From Eledone cirrhosa (Eukaryota), in contig OZ024741.1 in assembly GCA_964016885.1 (NCBI GenBank), positions 402,938,001 to 403,002,000 of the forward strand: a stretch of DNA of 64,000 nt. The letters run 5' to 3'. Positions 40,212-53,800 of the stretch are shown one piece after another. A program made the position numbers and the translations under genes. Numbering within the stretch: the first letter of the stretch is position 1; every line of letters begins with the position of its first letter. A model generated the notes under the pieces. It made no database searches. It was not told where the DNA came from and saw only the letters and a list, made by a program, of their open reading frames with translations.

Positions 40212-40475
40212 CAACATCATCATCATCATCATCATTATCATCATATTCAACATCATCATATTCATCACCATCATCAATAGCATAAACATCATAAGCATAA
40301 TCCTCCTCACCATCATCATCATCATCATCACCATCATCATCGTCCCCATCATCAACATCATCATCCTCACCATCATCATCATTATCATCAACATCATCAT
40401 CATCATCATCATCATCACCATCACCACCATCATCCTTATCATCATTATCATTATCATCATCATCATCATCAACAT
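40212..40475. repeat. Imperfect (CAT)n microsatellite
   Basis: Direct inspection. Confidence 0.95.
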
Positions 40476-40619
40476 GAGTATGATGATTATGATGGTGATG
40501 ATGATGATAAAATGTAAAATGTACCTACAATTTATCTATTGGTAGTGTGACTAATCTACCACTTCCAATCATACACAATACATATGGTAGTACCTTTCTT
40601 GAAATTGTTAGTATTTGCA

Positions 40620-40654
<35 letters not shown>

Positions 40655-40656
<2 letters not shown>

Positions 40657-40830
40657 TCATCATCATCATCATCATTTCATTTTACATCCGCTTTTTCCCT
40701 GCTTGCAAGGGTGGGACGGGAACTGATGCTGGCTTTATTTCTACAGCTGGATGCCCTTCCTAACACCAACCTCATTTACAGTGAATGCTGGGTGCTTTTT
40801 TGCCGTGGTACCTACACGATCACTTTGCAG
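40655..40830 (-). mobile_element. RTE LINE 3' UTR fragment
   Basis: (CAT)n tail; TTCTACAGCTGGATGCCCTTCCTAACACCAACCTCATTTACAGTG is the reverse complement of 43461-43505. Confidence 0.8.
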
Positions 40831-40864
40831 TGGAATGATAGGGAGCCCAGCCCCTATCATCTCA

Positions 40865-41003
40865 TTTCTACAGCTGAGTAAACTGGAGCAATGTGAAATA
40901 AAGTGTCTTGCTCAAGGAAACAACACATCACCCGGTCTGAGAATTGAACTCACAACCTTTCGATTGCAAGGCCAATGCTCTAACCACTAAGCCATGTGGC
41001 TTC
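40865..41003 (-). mobile_element. SINE family 2 head/central region
   Basis: Reverse strand reads ATGGCTTAGTGGTTAGAGCA..GAGTTCAATTC (A and B boxes) then TTGAGCAAGACACTTTATTTCACATTGCTCCAG. Confidence 0.8.
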
Positions 41004-41014
41004 ATATATATATA

Positions 41015-42176
41015 CAGGGTGTCCCAAAAAATTTGACATTTTAAAAGCAAATATCTGGAAAACTACTAAGTCTAGCTCAATGAAATTGAACAGTTTAAGG
41101 TGTTGGACATCATAATATTATTCACTCAAATTCTGCGACTGATTTCACAAGTGTTCAATATGTGCCCCGCCTGTGACACAGCAGATGTCAAGTCGGCAGT
41201 CAAGCTCTTGCCAAACACGCTGCAGTATGTCTCCGGTAACATTATCCAGTGCGGAAGTGATTCTCTGCTTGAGTTCATCAATGTTAGCAGGAAGAGGGGT
41301 GACATAGACCAGTCCCTTCACATATCCACATAAAAAGAAATCACACGGGGAGATGTCCAGTGATCGTGGCGGCCATTTCATCAGCAAACTGTCTTCATCT
41401 CCACCACGCCCGATCCATTTCTCTGGCAGATTCTCATTGAGATAAGCACGTACTGTCTTCTTCCAGTGGAGTGGAGCCCCATCCTGTTGAAAAATGAAGT
41501 TCTCATGTTCACTTTCAATGAGCTCATCAATTAGCCAGTTCTGAAGCATTGGCAGATAACCCTCTCTGGTCACATTTTCGTCAAAGAAAAACGGGCCGTG
41601 AATTTGGTTGATGGAGATGGTGCAGAACACATTCACTTTTGGCGAGTCCCTCTCATGTTCAATTGTGGCATGGGGATTTTCTACGCCCTAAATGTGAACA
41701 TTGTGCCTATTGACTTTTCCATTCGTATGAAATGTGGCTTCATCACTGAAAATTAGACGTTTGTCGAACTCGTCTTCTGCAAGTTTCTGTAGCATGTTAA
41801 CACAGAATTCTTGACGTTTTCGCTTGTCATCTGCTTTTAAAGCCTGAACGAGCTGCAGACGGTAGGGTTTCATTTCCAATCGTTTCCTCAGGATACGCCA
41901 AACCGTCATTCGAGGAATCTGGGTTTCCAAACTTGTTCTCCTTATGGATTTCTTGGGGCTTCGCAAGAGTTTTTCACGAACTTGCTTGACCTTCTCTTCT
42001 GATGTTGATGATGGTCTTCCAGATCCTTTAGCCCTGCATAAGCAGCCTTCCTCTTTCAATTTTTGGTACCATGTTCCAAATTTGTTTGCCAGTTGGTGAT
42101 TTTTTTCCAAATTTTGCATTGAAGGCACACTGCGCAGTCTTGGGTGACTGTGTTCGAGCATATTCCAAGACGCAAA
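41015..42176 (-). mobile_element. Tc1/mariner transposon (rosa/DD41D-like), decayed transposase, one TIR present
   Basis: TA|CAGGGTGTCCCAAAAA terminus at 41015. ORFs 41688-42161 and 41145-41636 are in one frame split by a TAG (HI*GVENPH). Motifs GSGRPS, FSDEATF, FQQDGAPLH, WPPRSLDISPCDFFL. Confidence 0.92.
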
Positions 42177-42720
42177 ATGATGATTTGTGATATATTGTGA
42201 TGATTTGTGATAGTTTTGATGGTTTGTAATGTTTTGTGATGGTTTTTGATGGTGTGTGATGATTTGTGATAGCTTATGATAATTTGTGATAAATTGTGAT
42301 GGTTTGTGATGGTTTATGATGATTTGTGATGATTTGTGATGGTTTATGAGGATTTGTGATATATTGTGATAGTTTGTGATGGTTGTGATGGTTTATGATG
42401 ATTTGTGATATATTGTGATGGTTAGTGATGGTTTGTGATATATTGTGATCGTTTGTGATAGTTGTGATGGTTTGTGATTGTTTGTGATGGTTTATGATGA
42501 TTTGTGATGAATTGTGATGATTTGGGATGGTTGTAATGGTTTGGGATGATCTGTGATGGTTTGTAATGGTTTGTGATGATTTGTGGTGGTTTTTGATTAT
42601 TTGTGATGATTTGTGATGTTTTGTGATGGTTTGTGATGGTTTGTGATTATTTGTGATAGTTTGTGATGGTTTGTGATGGTTAGTGATATTTGGTGATATT
42701 TAGTAATAGATTGTGATGAC
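42177..42720. repeat. Degenerate 10-mer repeat (TTTGTGATGG/TTTGTGATGA)n replacing the transposon's 5' end
   Basis: Direct inspection. Confidence 0.9.
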
Positions 42721-42835
42721 ATTTGAGTGCATTAGTAGGGCTACGTTTGTGCATATATATACACCAGTAATTCACTGAGTCACATACACTATAGACAACC
42801 ACACCCAAATGTAATATATATATTTATAGATTTAT

Positions 42836-43631
42836 TATACTGCCAGGGAGCTACTGCCACTGCTAGCTGCAAAAGGCTTTTCCTTCAAAATGAAAGGCAG
42901 ACTGTATGATGCGTGTATACGAACAGCAATGTTACATGGTAGTGAGGCCTGGGCACTGTCTGTAGAAGACTTGCATAGATTAGAAAGAAACGAAGCTTGC
43001 ATGCTCCGATGGATGTGTAATAGTAATATATGCGAATGGCAAAGCATGAATGAATTGAGAGAGAGACTGAGCATAAGAGGAATCAAATGCTGCGTGCAGG
43101 AGAGGAGGTTGCGTTGGTATGGACATGTGATATGTATGAAGGATGACAGTTGCATAAAAAGGTGCAGAGCACCAGAAGTCGATGGAAGCCATGGAGTGGG
43201 GAGACCCAAGAAGACCTGGGATGAGGTGATAAAAGCCGACCTTACCCAATTGCACCTCTCAAAGGCAATGACACCAGACCGTGACCTCTGGCTTCACACA
43301 GTAATACAGAAGACCCAACTTCCCACGGCTGAAGCATATAGACAATATGCCCCGACCTGCTCCCACTGCAAAGTGGTCGTGGAGGTGCCACGGCAAAAAA
43401 GCACCCAGCCCACCCTGTAAAGTGGACGTGTAGGCGCCACGGAAAAAAGCACCCAGCACTCACTGTAAATGAGGTTGGTGTTAGGAAGGGCATCCGGCTG
43501 TAGAAATCAAGCCAGAATCAGTTCCCGTATGAGCAAGACAAGGTCAGCCAACTGGACACTGCCCACAACAGGACAGCCCGTCTAACCCCTGCTAGCATGG
43601 AAGAACGGACGTAAAAAAGTGATGATGATGA
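42836..43631 (+). mobile_element. 5'-truncated RTE-clade LINE (ORF C-terminus plus 3' UTR)
   Basis: ORF 42890-43420 has KGRLYDACIRTAMLHGSEAW, ERNEACMLRWMC, RRLRWYGHV and GRPKKTW, typical of RTE C-termini; ends GGACGTAAAAAAGTGATGATGATGA. Confidence 0.9.
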
Positions 43632-43896
43632 CTACTTATAGCTAAATTCATAAACTTACAGTAGTTGCAGTGTTTGTTTATATTTCATCATATTTCCCAT
43701 CTCCCATACTTAGTCCCATCTATGTACAGCCCTTTGGCTATCACTAACATTTAGAAATATTTGTCATTAACTGTTTATATTTACAGATGGAAATCAACAT
43801 CTTTTTAATCTCAAAAAAGAAAATTGTGTAAAAACACACTCACACACGTATAAATGCACACAAACATACACACACACATATCTATCTATCTATCTA

Positions 43897-43956
<60 letters not shown>

Positions 43957-44081
43957 GCCAATTTTGTAGCTGTTTATATTTACATGTATGTAACTTATAT
44001 ATAGACAAGTATATCTGTATGCATGCATATGTATCTCTCTCTCTTACACACTCTCTCTTTCTCTCTCTCTATATATATATT

Positions 44082-44455
44082 ATCATCATCATCATCATCA
44101 TCATCATCAGGTTTAGCGTCCGTGTTCCACGCTTGCATGGGTTTGGACGGGGGTTTTCCCACTTGAGGCAAGAGTGGTTGTCTTGCTCGCATAGGACTGT
44201 CTGGCGGGTTTTCTACAGTTGGATGCCCTTCCTAACACCAACCACATTTACAGTGTGGGGCTGGGAGGTTTTTACCGTGTTGCCTACACGGCCACATTAC
44301 AGCGTGGACTGTCTGGCGGGTTTTCTACAGCTGGATGCCCTTCCTAACACCAACCACATTTACAGTGTGGGGCTGGGAGGTTTTTACCGTGTTGCCTACA
44401 CGGCCACATTTACAGCGTGGACTGTGTGTTTTTTGTCGTGACACCTACACGATCT
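44082..44455 (-). mobile_element. RTE 3' UTR fragment with ~113-bp internal tandem duplication
   Basis: (CAT)n tail; GGACTGTCTGGCGGGTTTTCTACAG..GGATGCCCTTCCTAACACC occurs at ~44194 and ~44306. Confidence 0.8.
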
Positions 44456-44683
44456 CATTTGTTTCGGCCTGGATGTTGTGGGACCAACATAACTTTACAT
44501 TGAAAGGGGCGGTGTGGGTGGGGTGGAGGTGGTGGGACGGGGGTGTGTTTTGATAGAGATGCCTACTGACTGTAGTAGGTTTTTACTTTGTATTTAGGTA
44601 AGGCGGGTCTTCTCTATTACTGAGTACCGCCAAAGGTCTCGGTCCAGTGACATTGTCTTGGAGACATTGTCTTGCATTTATAC

Positions 44684-44759
<76 letters not shown>

Positions 44760-45078
44760 GGAAAAAATGAAACAAAATTTCATTTTCCACTCTTAGTACG
44801 GCTGTTGCTTAAATATAAGTATGTACACGTACATACATATATGTATACAGACGTACAGTAGTATGTATATATATATATACATACATGCACACATATATAT
44901 ATATATGTACGTATGGATTCACCGAACATCTATTACAATGCTCGGTGTGTTTGTAAACAAACATCCCGTATTAAGCCGTAGTGTCTAGCAACCATCGTTT
45001 CTCGTTTGTTCAACACTGAACAATATATAGTTATACTTTCGGAGAGTAATACTGCCAATAAAATTCAAAAACGAAGTA

Positions 45079-45174
<96 letters not shown>

Positions 45175-45281
45175 TATATATCATCATCAACGTTATATGT
45201 CCGTTTTTCCATGCTGGCAGGATTAGTATATATATGTACATATATATATATATATGTTAGAATTGGAGCTCTGAAATAGCA

Positions 45282-45681
45282 ATATATATATGGATGTATA
45301 TATAATGTATTTTGCAATACACTTTATGCTTAATTAAAAGCATTTTGAAGACCGTAAGCTATTGTTTTAAAGTAGTGACAAATTCACTCACTCCAATTCT
45401 AATTTTTAATTTCTGCCTGACCAACAACCGCTCTGCATAATCAGCTCCTGATTATTTACTAGATTTCTATAAGAATATAACATCAATGATCTCAGCAAAC
45501 AGGTGGGGTAGTTGGCCTTGATAAGCTTCAACCAAAGCGAAACAAGTCTTGTCGGCTTATCTACCCTGTTTGCTGAGATCAAAGTGAGTGAATTTGTCAC
45601 TACTTTAAAACAATAGCTTACGGTCTTCAAAATGCTTTTAATTAAGCATAAAGTGTATTGCAAAATACATTATATATACAT

Positions 45682-45690
<9 letters not shown>
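45282..45690. repeat. Perfect ~105-bp inverted repeat (45282-45392 / 45583-45690) enclosing a degenerate hammerhead motif
   Basis: Arms are exact reverse complements and sit in (AT)n. Confidence 0.9.
45488..45580 (+). ncRNA. Degenerate type I hammerhead ribozyme motif
   Basis: GGCC-TTGATAA-GCTT(CAACCA)AAGC-GAAA-CAAG(T)CTTG-TC-GGCT. The core has two changes from CTGATGA. Outer stem GATCTCAGCAAACAGG/CCTGTTTGCTGAGATC. Confidence 0.6.
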
Positions 45691-45716
<26 letters not shown>

Positions 45717-45720
<4 letters not shown>

Positions 45721-46420
45721 AGCTAATATAAATTAATATATATGATAAAACACAAATACCAACATATAAGTGTTTGTATTGTAAATGACTAAGTTAGCTA
45801 GATTGAAAAATACTAATTATAATAATACAGTTTGTCTGTCTCGATTTAAAATAATAAATCAATAAAAACAAACGATATTGGCAAAAGGCCGTGGTACTTA
45901 GACAAATTTAAATTTCAAAATCAAACCTGTTCCGTAGATAAGTTTAAACTTCAAAATCCAAATAAGTTTCGAGATGAAAAAGTGAAAGAATACCCCGTTC
46001 AGCTCTCCTCAGTAAGTACCCTGAACAATTGGTATGCTTCACTTCAAAATATTTTAAAAGACTGTTTAACGCACATGGTTTTCCAGTTTCTAGCTACCGC
46101 ATACTCGTTCTGCTAGAAATAACAGCCGTTTATATGGGGCTAAAGTTAGCTCTACATAAGGAGCAGTGATACTAAGAATAATGAGTTCTAAACTCAAGCA
46201 GTCCTTTACAATGAAATAGCTCAAAGAAAGAAGTATTTCTGAGCCGTGTAATATTGATTTATTATTTTAAATCAAGACAGGCAAACTGTATTATTATAAT
46301 TAGTATTTTTCAATCTAGCTAACTTAGTCATTTACAATACAAACACTTATATGTTGGTATTTGTGTTTTATCATATATATTAATTTATATTAACTTGTAT
46401 TACACGGCTCAGAAATACTT
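45717..46420. repeat. ~145-bp inverted repeat (45717-45864 / 46252-46399) plus a second nested IR (46231-46252 / 46398-46420)
   Basis: Arms are near-exact reverse complements; AAGTATTTCTGAGCCGTGTAATA versus TATTACACGGCTCAGAAATACTT. Confidence 0.9.
45944..46015 (-). ncRNA. Type I hammerhead ribozyme motif
   Basis: Minus strand: TTA-CTGAGGA-GAGCTGAA...TTCATCTC-GAAA-CTT...AAG-TT-TAA. Intact core, 7/8-bp stem II, GUU triplet, short stem I. Confidence 0.55.
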
Positions 46421-46803
46421 CAACAGGAAAGTTGAGAAAAGAAAATATGACTGTGTCCAGATAATGAAAATTATTGTGTACAGTGCTGAGGTGCACTACA
46501 ACTCATCAAATGTGCATGTATAGTACATAGAATAATGTACAAATGTCAGGAAAGTGAACAGTGTATAAGTTACGAAATACACGCACACACATGTGTGTAT
46601 ATGTATGGAGGGGAAATATCAGGTGTAATGTTGGTGAATTTCAAGAATCATGGAAGTTTTGAAGGATGTAGTGTCCTGACAGCTAACAATTGATGTAGGT
46701 AGTTTGTTCCATGCTTCAGCAACTCTGAGCATGAGAATATGTTTCTGAAAGTCATGGGAGCTGTGCTATTTTCTGATCTTGTAAGCATGTCTACAGGTGT
46801 TAG
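46421..46803 (-). mobile_element. CR1-clade LINE 3' end
   Basis: Reverse frame NTCRHAYKIRK*HSSHDFQKHILMLRVAEAWNKLPTSIVSCQDTTSFK matches the CR1 ORF2 tail pattern TRGH.YK..RV...WN.LP..VV...SFK. Confidence 0.75.
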
Positions 46804-47234
46804 TCTGAATGTCACATGTCTTTTCTTTGTTTTTGGTTTTCTTATCCTCTTTTCTATGTTGAATCACATCTTAACAAATTTTCTTGATGTCATATTTAAC
46901 GTAAACTAATCATAACATTCCAAATAAATATAAAGCTACAATATATTGACAAATGAATTATTTTAATACTGTACCTTCAGGATAACTTCCATTACCAACA
47001 CAAACAGGAGAGATTGTTGTGACTATTGCTATGCCAACCTCCAAATTCACAAATTAATTCTTTTTATACTGCACCTGGTTTATTATAAATCTAACTTTGT
47101 CTTTTAATTCGAAACATTTTTCTATTTTATTTCAATCCACTATTTTTGATGTCATGATTTTTAATAAATTAACAGTAGCACTAACATAGCGTGGTGCATA
47201 ATAAGAGTGTATATGGATGTATTTATAATATATA

Positions 47235-47569
47235 TGAGGATCAGTTGAAAAGTTGATAAGCTGACCAAGATGCTCTCATGGAATGACCAAATGAGGTTTA
47301 TTTTTCAACATAGTTCCTGGAAAAAAACAATACAGTTATTAATAAGAGTTGAAATTAACACATGTAAGATTTCACAGCTCTAGCATCACTCATTCATAGG
47401 CTGACCAAGATACTCTCATGGAATGACCAAATGACATTTATTTTTCAACACAGTCCCTGGGAAGAAACAACACAGTTATTGATAAGAAGAGTTGAAATTA
47501 ATGCAAGATTTCACAGCTTCAGGATCATTCCTTTCATAGTCAGCCTATGAACTTTTTAGCCTACCCTTG
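47235..47569. mobile_element. Mariner-type MITE with internal duplication
   Basis: Imperfect TIRs (TGAGGATCAGTTGAAAAGTTGATAAGCTGA / CAGCCTATGAACTTTTTAGCCTACCCTTG|TA); GACCAAGAT.CTCTCATGGAATGACCAAATGA present twice; single-unit relative at 58319-58515. Confidence 0.75.
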
Positions 47570-47597
47570 TATGTTATAAGTCAGCATACTAAAATAT

Positions 47598-47878
47598 TTA
47601 ACAATTTTGTTATCAAATTTCTAATAAAATATCTTGTATTTGAATTAGTTGAAGAATTTGAAGGGAGTTACTAAAGCTATTTATTTCATTAAGATGGTAT
47701 TTGTTACATAACGAAGAATGGTGTTGTAAAGTTTTGATTTAAATAGAAACCCTTTAAAATTGCTGATTTTGTTTTATAGAAGCAAGGTTTAGGAGGGTTA
47801 GAAGCAAGGTTTAGGAGGGTTAGAATAAAAAATTTTAATAAAGAACTGTTTTGATGGAGTTGGTATCAGTAGTGTTAA
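47598..47878 (+). mobile_element. Decayed TTAA-type (piggyBac-like) MITE, same family as 59696-59888
   Basis: TGAAGAATTTGAAGGGAGTTACTAAAGCTATTTATTTCATTA and TTTTGATTTAAATAGAAACCCTTTAAAATTGCTGATTTTGTTTTATAGAAGCA align to the 59696 element; starts TTAACAATTTTGTTATC. Confidence 0.65.
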
Positions 47879-50800
47879 TAATAATAGTACTGTTTGGTGG
47901 TAGGTTGGTATCACTAGTGTTAATATAGTACTGTTTTAATGGGGTTGGTATCAATAGTGTTAATATAGTACTGTTTGGTGGTAGTTGGTATTAATAGTGT
48001 TACTATAGTACTGTTTGGTGGTAGGTTGGAATCACTAGTGTTAATATAGTACTGTTTGGTGGTAGGTTGGTATCACTAGTGTTAATATAGTACTGTTTGG
48101 TGGTAGGTTGGAATCACTAGTGTTAATATAGTACTGTTTGGTGGTAGGTTGGTATCACTAGTGTTAATATAGTACTGTTTGGTGGTAGGTTGGTATCACT
48201 AGTGTTAATATAGTACTGTTTTAATGGGGTTGGTATCAATAGTGTTAATATAGTACTGTTTGGTGGTAATTGGTATTAATAGTGTTACTATAGTACTGTT
48301 TGGTGGTAGGTTGGTATCACTAGTGTTAATATAGTACTGTTTGGTGGTAGGTTGGTATCACTAGTGTTAATATAGTACTGTTTGGTGGTAGTTGGTATCA
48401 TTAGTGTTAATATAGTACTGTTTGGTGGTGGTTGGTATCACTAGTGTTAATATAGTACTGTTTGGTGGTAGTTGGTATCACTAGTATTAATATAGTACTG
48501 TTTGGTGGTAGTTGGTATCACTAGTGTTAATATAGTACTGTTTGGTGGTAATTGGTATCACTAGTGTTAATATAGTAGTTTTAATGGGGTTGGTATCACT
48601 AGTGTTAATATAGTACTGTTTGGTGCTAGGTTGGTATTAGTAGTGTTAATATAGTACTGTTGGTGGTAGGTTGGTATTACTAGTGTTAAAATAGTACTGT
48701 TTGGTGGTAGGTTGGTATCACTAGTGTTAATATAGTACTGTTTGGTGGTAGTTGGTATCACTGGTGTTAATATATTATTGTGTGGTGGTGGTAGGTTGGT
48801 ATCACTAGTGTTAATATAGTACTGTTTGGTAGTAGGTTGGTATTAGTAGTGTTAATATAGTACTGTTTGGTGGTAGTTGGTATCACTAGTGTTAATATAA
48901 TATTGTTTGGTGGTAGGTTGGTATCACTGGTGTTAATATAGTACTGTTTGGTGGTAGGTTGGTATTAATAGTGTTAATATAGTACTGTTTGGTGGTGGTA
49001 GGTTGGTATCACTAGTGTTAATATAGTACTGTTTGGTGGTAGGTTGGTATTAATAGTGTTAATATAGTACTGTTTGGTGGTGGTAGGTTGGTATCACTAG
49101 TGTTAATATAGTACTGTTTGGTGGTGGTAGGTTGGTATCACTAGTGTTAATATAGTACTGTTTGGTGCTAAGTTGGTATCACTAGTGTTAATATAGTACT
49201 GTTTGGTGGTGGTAGGTTGGTATCACTAGTGTTAATATAGTACTGTTTGGTGGTAGGTTGGTATTAATAGTGTTAATATAGTACTGTTTGGTGGTGGTAG
49301 GTTGGTATCACTAGTGTTAATATAGTACTGTTTGGTGGTGGTAGGTTGGTATCACTAGTGTTAATATAGTACTGTTTGGTGGTAAGTTGGTATCGCTAGT
49401 GTTAATATAGTACTGTTTGGTGGTAGGTTGGTATCACTAGTGTTAATATAGTACTGTTTGGTGGTAGTTGGTATCACTAGTGTTAATATAGTACTGTTTG
49501 GTAGTAGGTTGGTATTAGTAGTGTTAATATAGTACTGTTTGGTGGTAGGTTGGTATTAGTAGTGTTTCTATAGTACTGTTTAGTGGTAGGTTATTATAAC
49601 TAGTGTTAATATAGTAGTTTTAATGGGGTTGGTATCACTAGTGTTCATATAGTACTGTATGGTGCTAGGTTGGTATTAGTAGTGTTAATATAGTACTGTT
49701 TGGTGGTAGGTTGGTATCACTGGTGTTACTATAGTACTGTTTGGTGGTAGTTGGTATCACTAGTGTTAATATAGTACAGTTTGGTGGTGGAAGGTTGGTA
49801 TCACTAGTGTTAATATAGTACTGTTTGGTGGTAAGTTGGTATCACTAGTGTTAATATAGTACTGTTTGGTGGTAGTTGGTATCACTAGTGTTAATATAGT
49901 ACTGTTTGGTAGTAGGTTGGTATTAGTAGTGTTAATATAGTACTGTTTGGTGGTAGGTTGGTATTAGTAGTGTTAATATAGTACTGTTTGGTGGTAGTTG
50001 GTATCACTGGTGTTAATATATTATTGTGTGGTGGTGGTGGTTGGTATTAGTAGTGTTAATATAGTACTGTTTGGTGGTAGGTTGGTATTAGTAGTGTTAA
50101 TATAGTACTGTTTGGTGGTAGTTGGTATCACTAGTGTTAATATAATATTGTTTGGTGGTAGGTTGGTATCACTGGTGTTAATATAGTACTGTTTGGTGGT
50201 AGGTTGGTATTAATAGTGTTAATATAGTACTGTTTGGTGGTGGTAGGTTGGTATCACTAGTGTTAATATAGTACTGTTTGGTGGTAGGTTGGTATTAATA
50301 GTGTTAATATAGTACTGTTTGGTGGTGGTAGGTTGGTATCACTAGTGTTAATATAGTACTGTTTGGTGGTGGTAGGTTGGTATCACTAGTGTTAATATAG
50401 TACTGTTTGGTGCTAAGTTGGTATCACTAGTGTTAATATAGTACTGTTTGGTGGTGGTAGGTTGGTATCACTAGTGTTAATATAGTACTGTTTGGTGGTA
50501 GGTTGGTATTAATAGTGTTAATATAGTACTGTTTGGTGGTGGTAGGTTGGTATCACTAGTGTTAATATAGTACTGTTTGGTGGTGGTAGGTTGGTATCAC
50601 TAGTGTTAATATAGTACTGTTTGGTGGTAAGTTGGTATCGCTAGTGTTAATATAGTACTGTTTGGTGGTAGGTTGGTATCACTAGTGTTAATATAGTACT
50701 GTTTGGTGGTAGTTGGTATCACTAGTGTTAATATAGTACTGTTTGGTAGTAGGTTGGTATTAGTAGTGTTAATATAGTACTGTTTGGTGGTAGGTTGGTA

Positions 50801-53800
50801 TTAGTAGTGTTTCTATAGTACTGTTTAGTGGTAGGTTATTATAACTAGTGTTAATATAGTAGTTTTAATGGGGTTGGTATCACTAGTGTTCATATAGTAC
50901 TGTATGGTGCTAGGTTGGTATTAGTAGTGTTAATATAGTACTGTTTGGTGGTAGGTTGGTATCACTGGTGTTACTATAGTACTGTTTGGTGGTAGTTGGT
51001 ATCACTAGTGTTAATATAGTACAGTTTGGTGGTGGAAGGTTGGTATCACTAGTGTTAATATAGTACTGTTTGGTGGTAAGTTGGTATCACTAGTGTTAAT
51101 ATAGTACTGTTTGGTGGTAGTTGGTATCACTAGTGTTAATATAGTACAGTTTGGTGGTGGTAGGTTGAATCACTAGTGTTAATATAGTACTGTTTGGTGG
51201 TAAGTTGGTATCACTAGTGTTAATATAGTACTGTTTGGTGGTAGTTGGTATCACTAGTGTTAATAAAGTACTGTTTGGTGATAGGTTGGTATCACTAGTG
51301 TTAATATAGTACTGTTTGGTAGAAGATAGGTATCAGTAGTGTTAATATAGTACTGTTTGGTGGTAGTTGGTATCACTAGTGTTAATATAGTACTGTTTGG
51401 TAGAAGATAGGTATCAGTAGTGTTAATATAGTACTGTTTGGTGGTAGTTGGTATCATTAGTGTTAATATAGTACTGTTTGGTAGAAGATAGGTATCAGTA
51501 GTGTTAATATAGTACTGTTTGGTGGTAGTTGGTATCACTAGTGTTAATATAGTACTGTTTGGTAGAAGATAGGTATCAGTAGTGTTAATATAGTACTGTT
51601 TGGTGGTAGTTGGTATCATTAGTGTTAATATAGTACTGTTTGGTAGAAGATAGGTATCAGTAGTGTTAATATAGTACTGTTTGGTGGTAGTTGGTATCAC
51701 TAGTGTTAATATAGTACTGTTTGGTAGAAGATAGGTATCAGTAGTGTTAATATAGTACTGTTTGGTGGTAGTTGGTATCACTAGTGTTAATATAGTACTG
51801 TTTGGTAGAAGATAGGTATCAGTAGTGTTAATATAGTACTGTTTGGTGGTAGTTGGTATCACTAGTGTTAATATAGTACTGTTTGGTAGAAGATAGGTAT
51901 CAGTAGTGTTAATATAGTACTGTTTGGTGGTAGTTGGTATCACTAGTGTTAATATAGTACTGTTTGGTAGAAGATAGGTATCAGTAGTGTTAATATAGTA
52001 CTGTTTGGTGGTAGTTGGTATCACTAGTGTTAATATAGTACTGTTTGGTAGAAGATAGGTATCAGTAGTGTTAATATAGTACTGTTTGGTGGTAGTTGGT
52101 ATCATTAGTGTTAATATAGTACTGTTTGGTGGTAGTTGGTATCACTAGTGTTAATATAGTACTGTTTGGTAGAAGATAGGTATCAGTAGTGTTAATATAG
52201 TACTGTTTGGTGGTAGTTGGTATCATTAGTGTTAATATAGTACTGTTTGTTGGTGGTAGGTTGGTATCACTAGTGTTAATATAGTACTGTTTGGTGGTAG
52301 TTGGTATCAGTAGTGTTAATATAGTACTGCTTGGTGGTAGGTTGGTATTAGTAGTGTTAATATAGTACTGTTTGGTGGTAGTTGGTATCACTAGTGTTAA
52401 TATAGTACTGTTTGGTGGTGGTAGGTTGGTATCACTAGTGTTAATATAGTACTGTTTGGTAGTATTTAGTATCACTAGTGTTAATATAGTACTGTTTTGT
52501 GGTAGTTGGTATCACTAGTGTTAATATAGTACTGTTTGGTGGTAGGTTGGTATCAGTAGTGTGAATATAGTACTGTTTGGTGGTAGGTTGGTATTAGTAG
52601 TGTTAATATAGTACTGTTTGGTGGTAGTTGGTATCACTAGTGTTAATATAGTACTGTTTGGTGGTGGTAGGTTGGTATCACTAGTGTTAATATAGTACTG
52701 TTTGGTGGTATTTGGTATCACTAGTGTTAATATAGTACTGTTTGGTGGTAGTTGGTATCACTAGTGTTAATATAGTACTGTTTGGTGGTAGGTTGGTATC
52801 AGTAGTGTGAATATAGTACTGTTTGGTGGTAGGTTGGTATTAGTAGTGTTAATATAGTACTGTTTGGTGGTAGTTGGTATCACTAGTGTTAATATAGTAC
52901 TGTTTGGTGGTGATAGGTTGGTATCACTAGTGTTAATATAGTACTGTTTGGTGGTATTTGGTATCACTAGTGTTAATATAGTACTGTTTGGTGGTAGGTT
53001 GGTATCACTAGTGTTAATATAGTACTGTTTGGTGGTGGTAGGTTGGTATCACTAGTGTTAATATAGTACTGTTTGGTAGAAGGTTGGTATCAGTAGTGTT
53101 AATATAGTAGTTTTAATGGGGTTGGTATCACTAGTGTTAATATAGTACTGTTTGGTGCTAGGTTGGTATCAATAGTGTTAATATAGTACTGTTTGGTGGT
53201 AGGTTGGTATCACTGGTGTTAATATAGTAGTTTTAATGGGGTTGGTATCACTAGTGTTAATATAGTACTGTTTGGTGGTGGTAGTTTGGTATCACTAGTG
53301 TTAATATAGTACTGTTGGTGGTAGGTTGGTATCAGTAGTGTGAATATAGTACTGTTTGGTGATGGTAGGTTGGTATCACTAGTGTTAATATAGTACTGTT
53401 GGTGGTAGGTTGGTATTACTAGTGTTAATATAGTACTGTTTGGTAGAAGGTTGGTATCAGTAGTGTTAATATAGTACTGTTTGGTGGTAGTTGGTATCAG
53501 TAGTGTTAATATAGTACTGTTTGGTGGTAAGTTGGTATCACTAGTGTTAATATAGTACTGTCTGGTGGTAGGTTGGTATCACTAGTGTTAATATAGTACT
53601 GTTTGGTGGTAGTTGGTATCAGTAGTGTTAATATAGTACTGTTTGGTGGTAGTTAGTATCACTAGTGTTAATATAGTACAGTTTGGTGGTGGTAGGTTGG
53701 TATCACTAGTGTTAATATAGTACTGTTGGTGGTAGGTTGGTATTACTAGCGTTAATATAGTACTGTTTGGTGCTAGGTTGGTATCACTGGTGTTAATATA

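Noticed and set aside
46981-47107. Possible exon after CTTCAG at 46980
   Set aside because: Phase-0 frame stops after 13 codons; no good donor; no recognisable peptide on either strand
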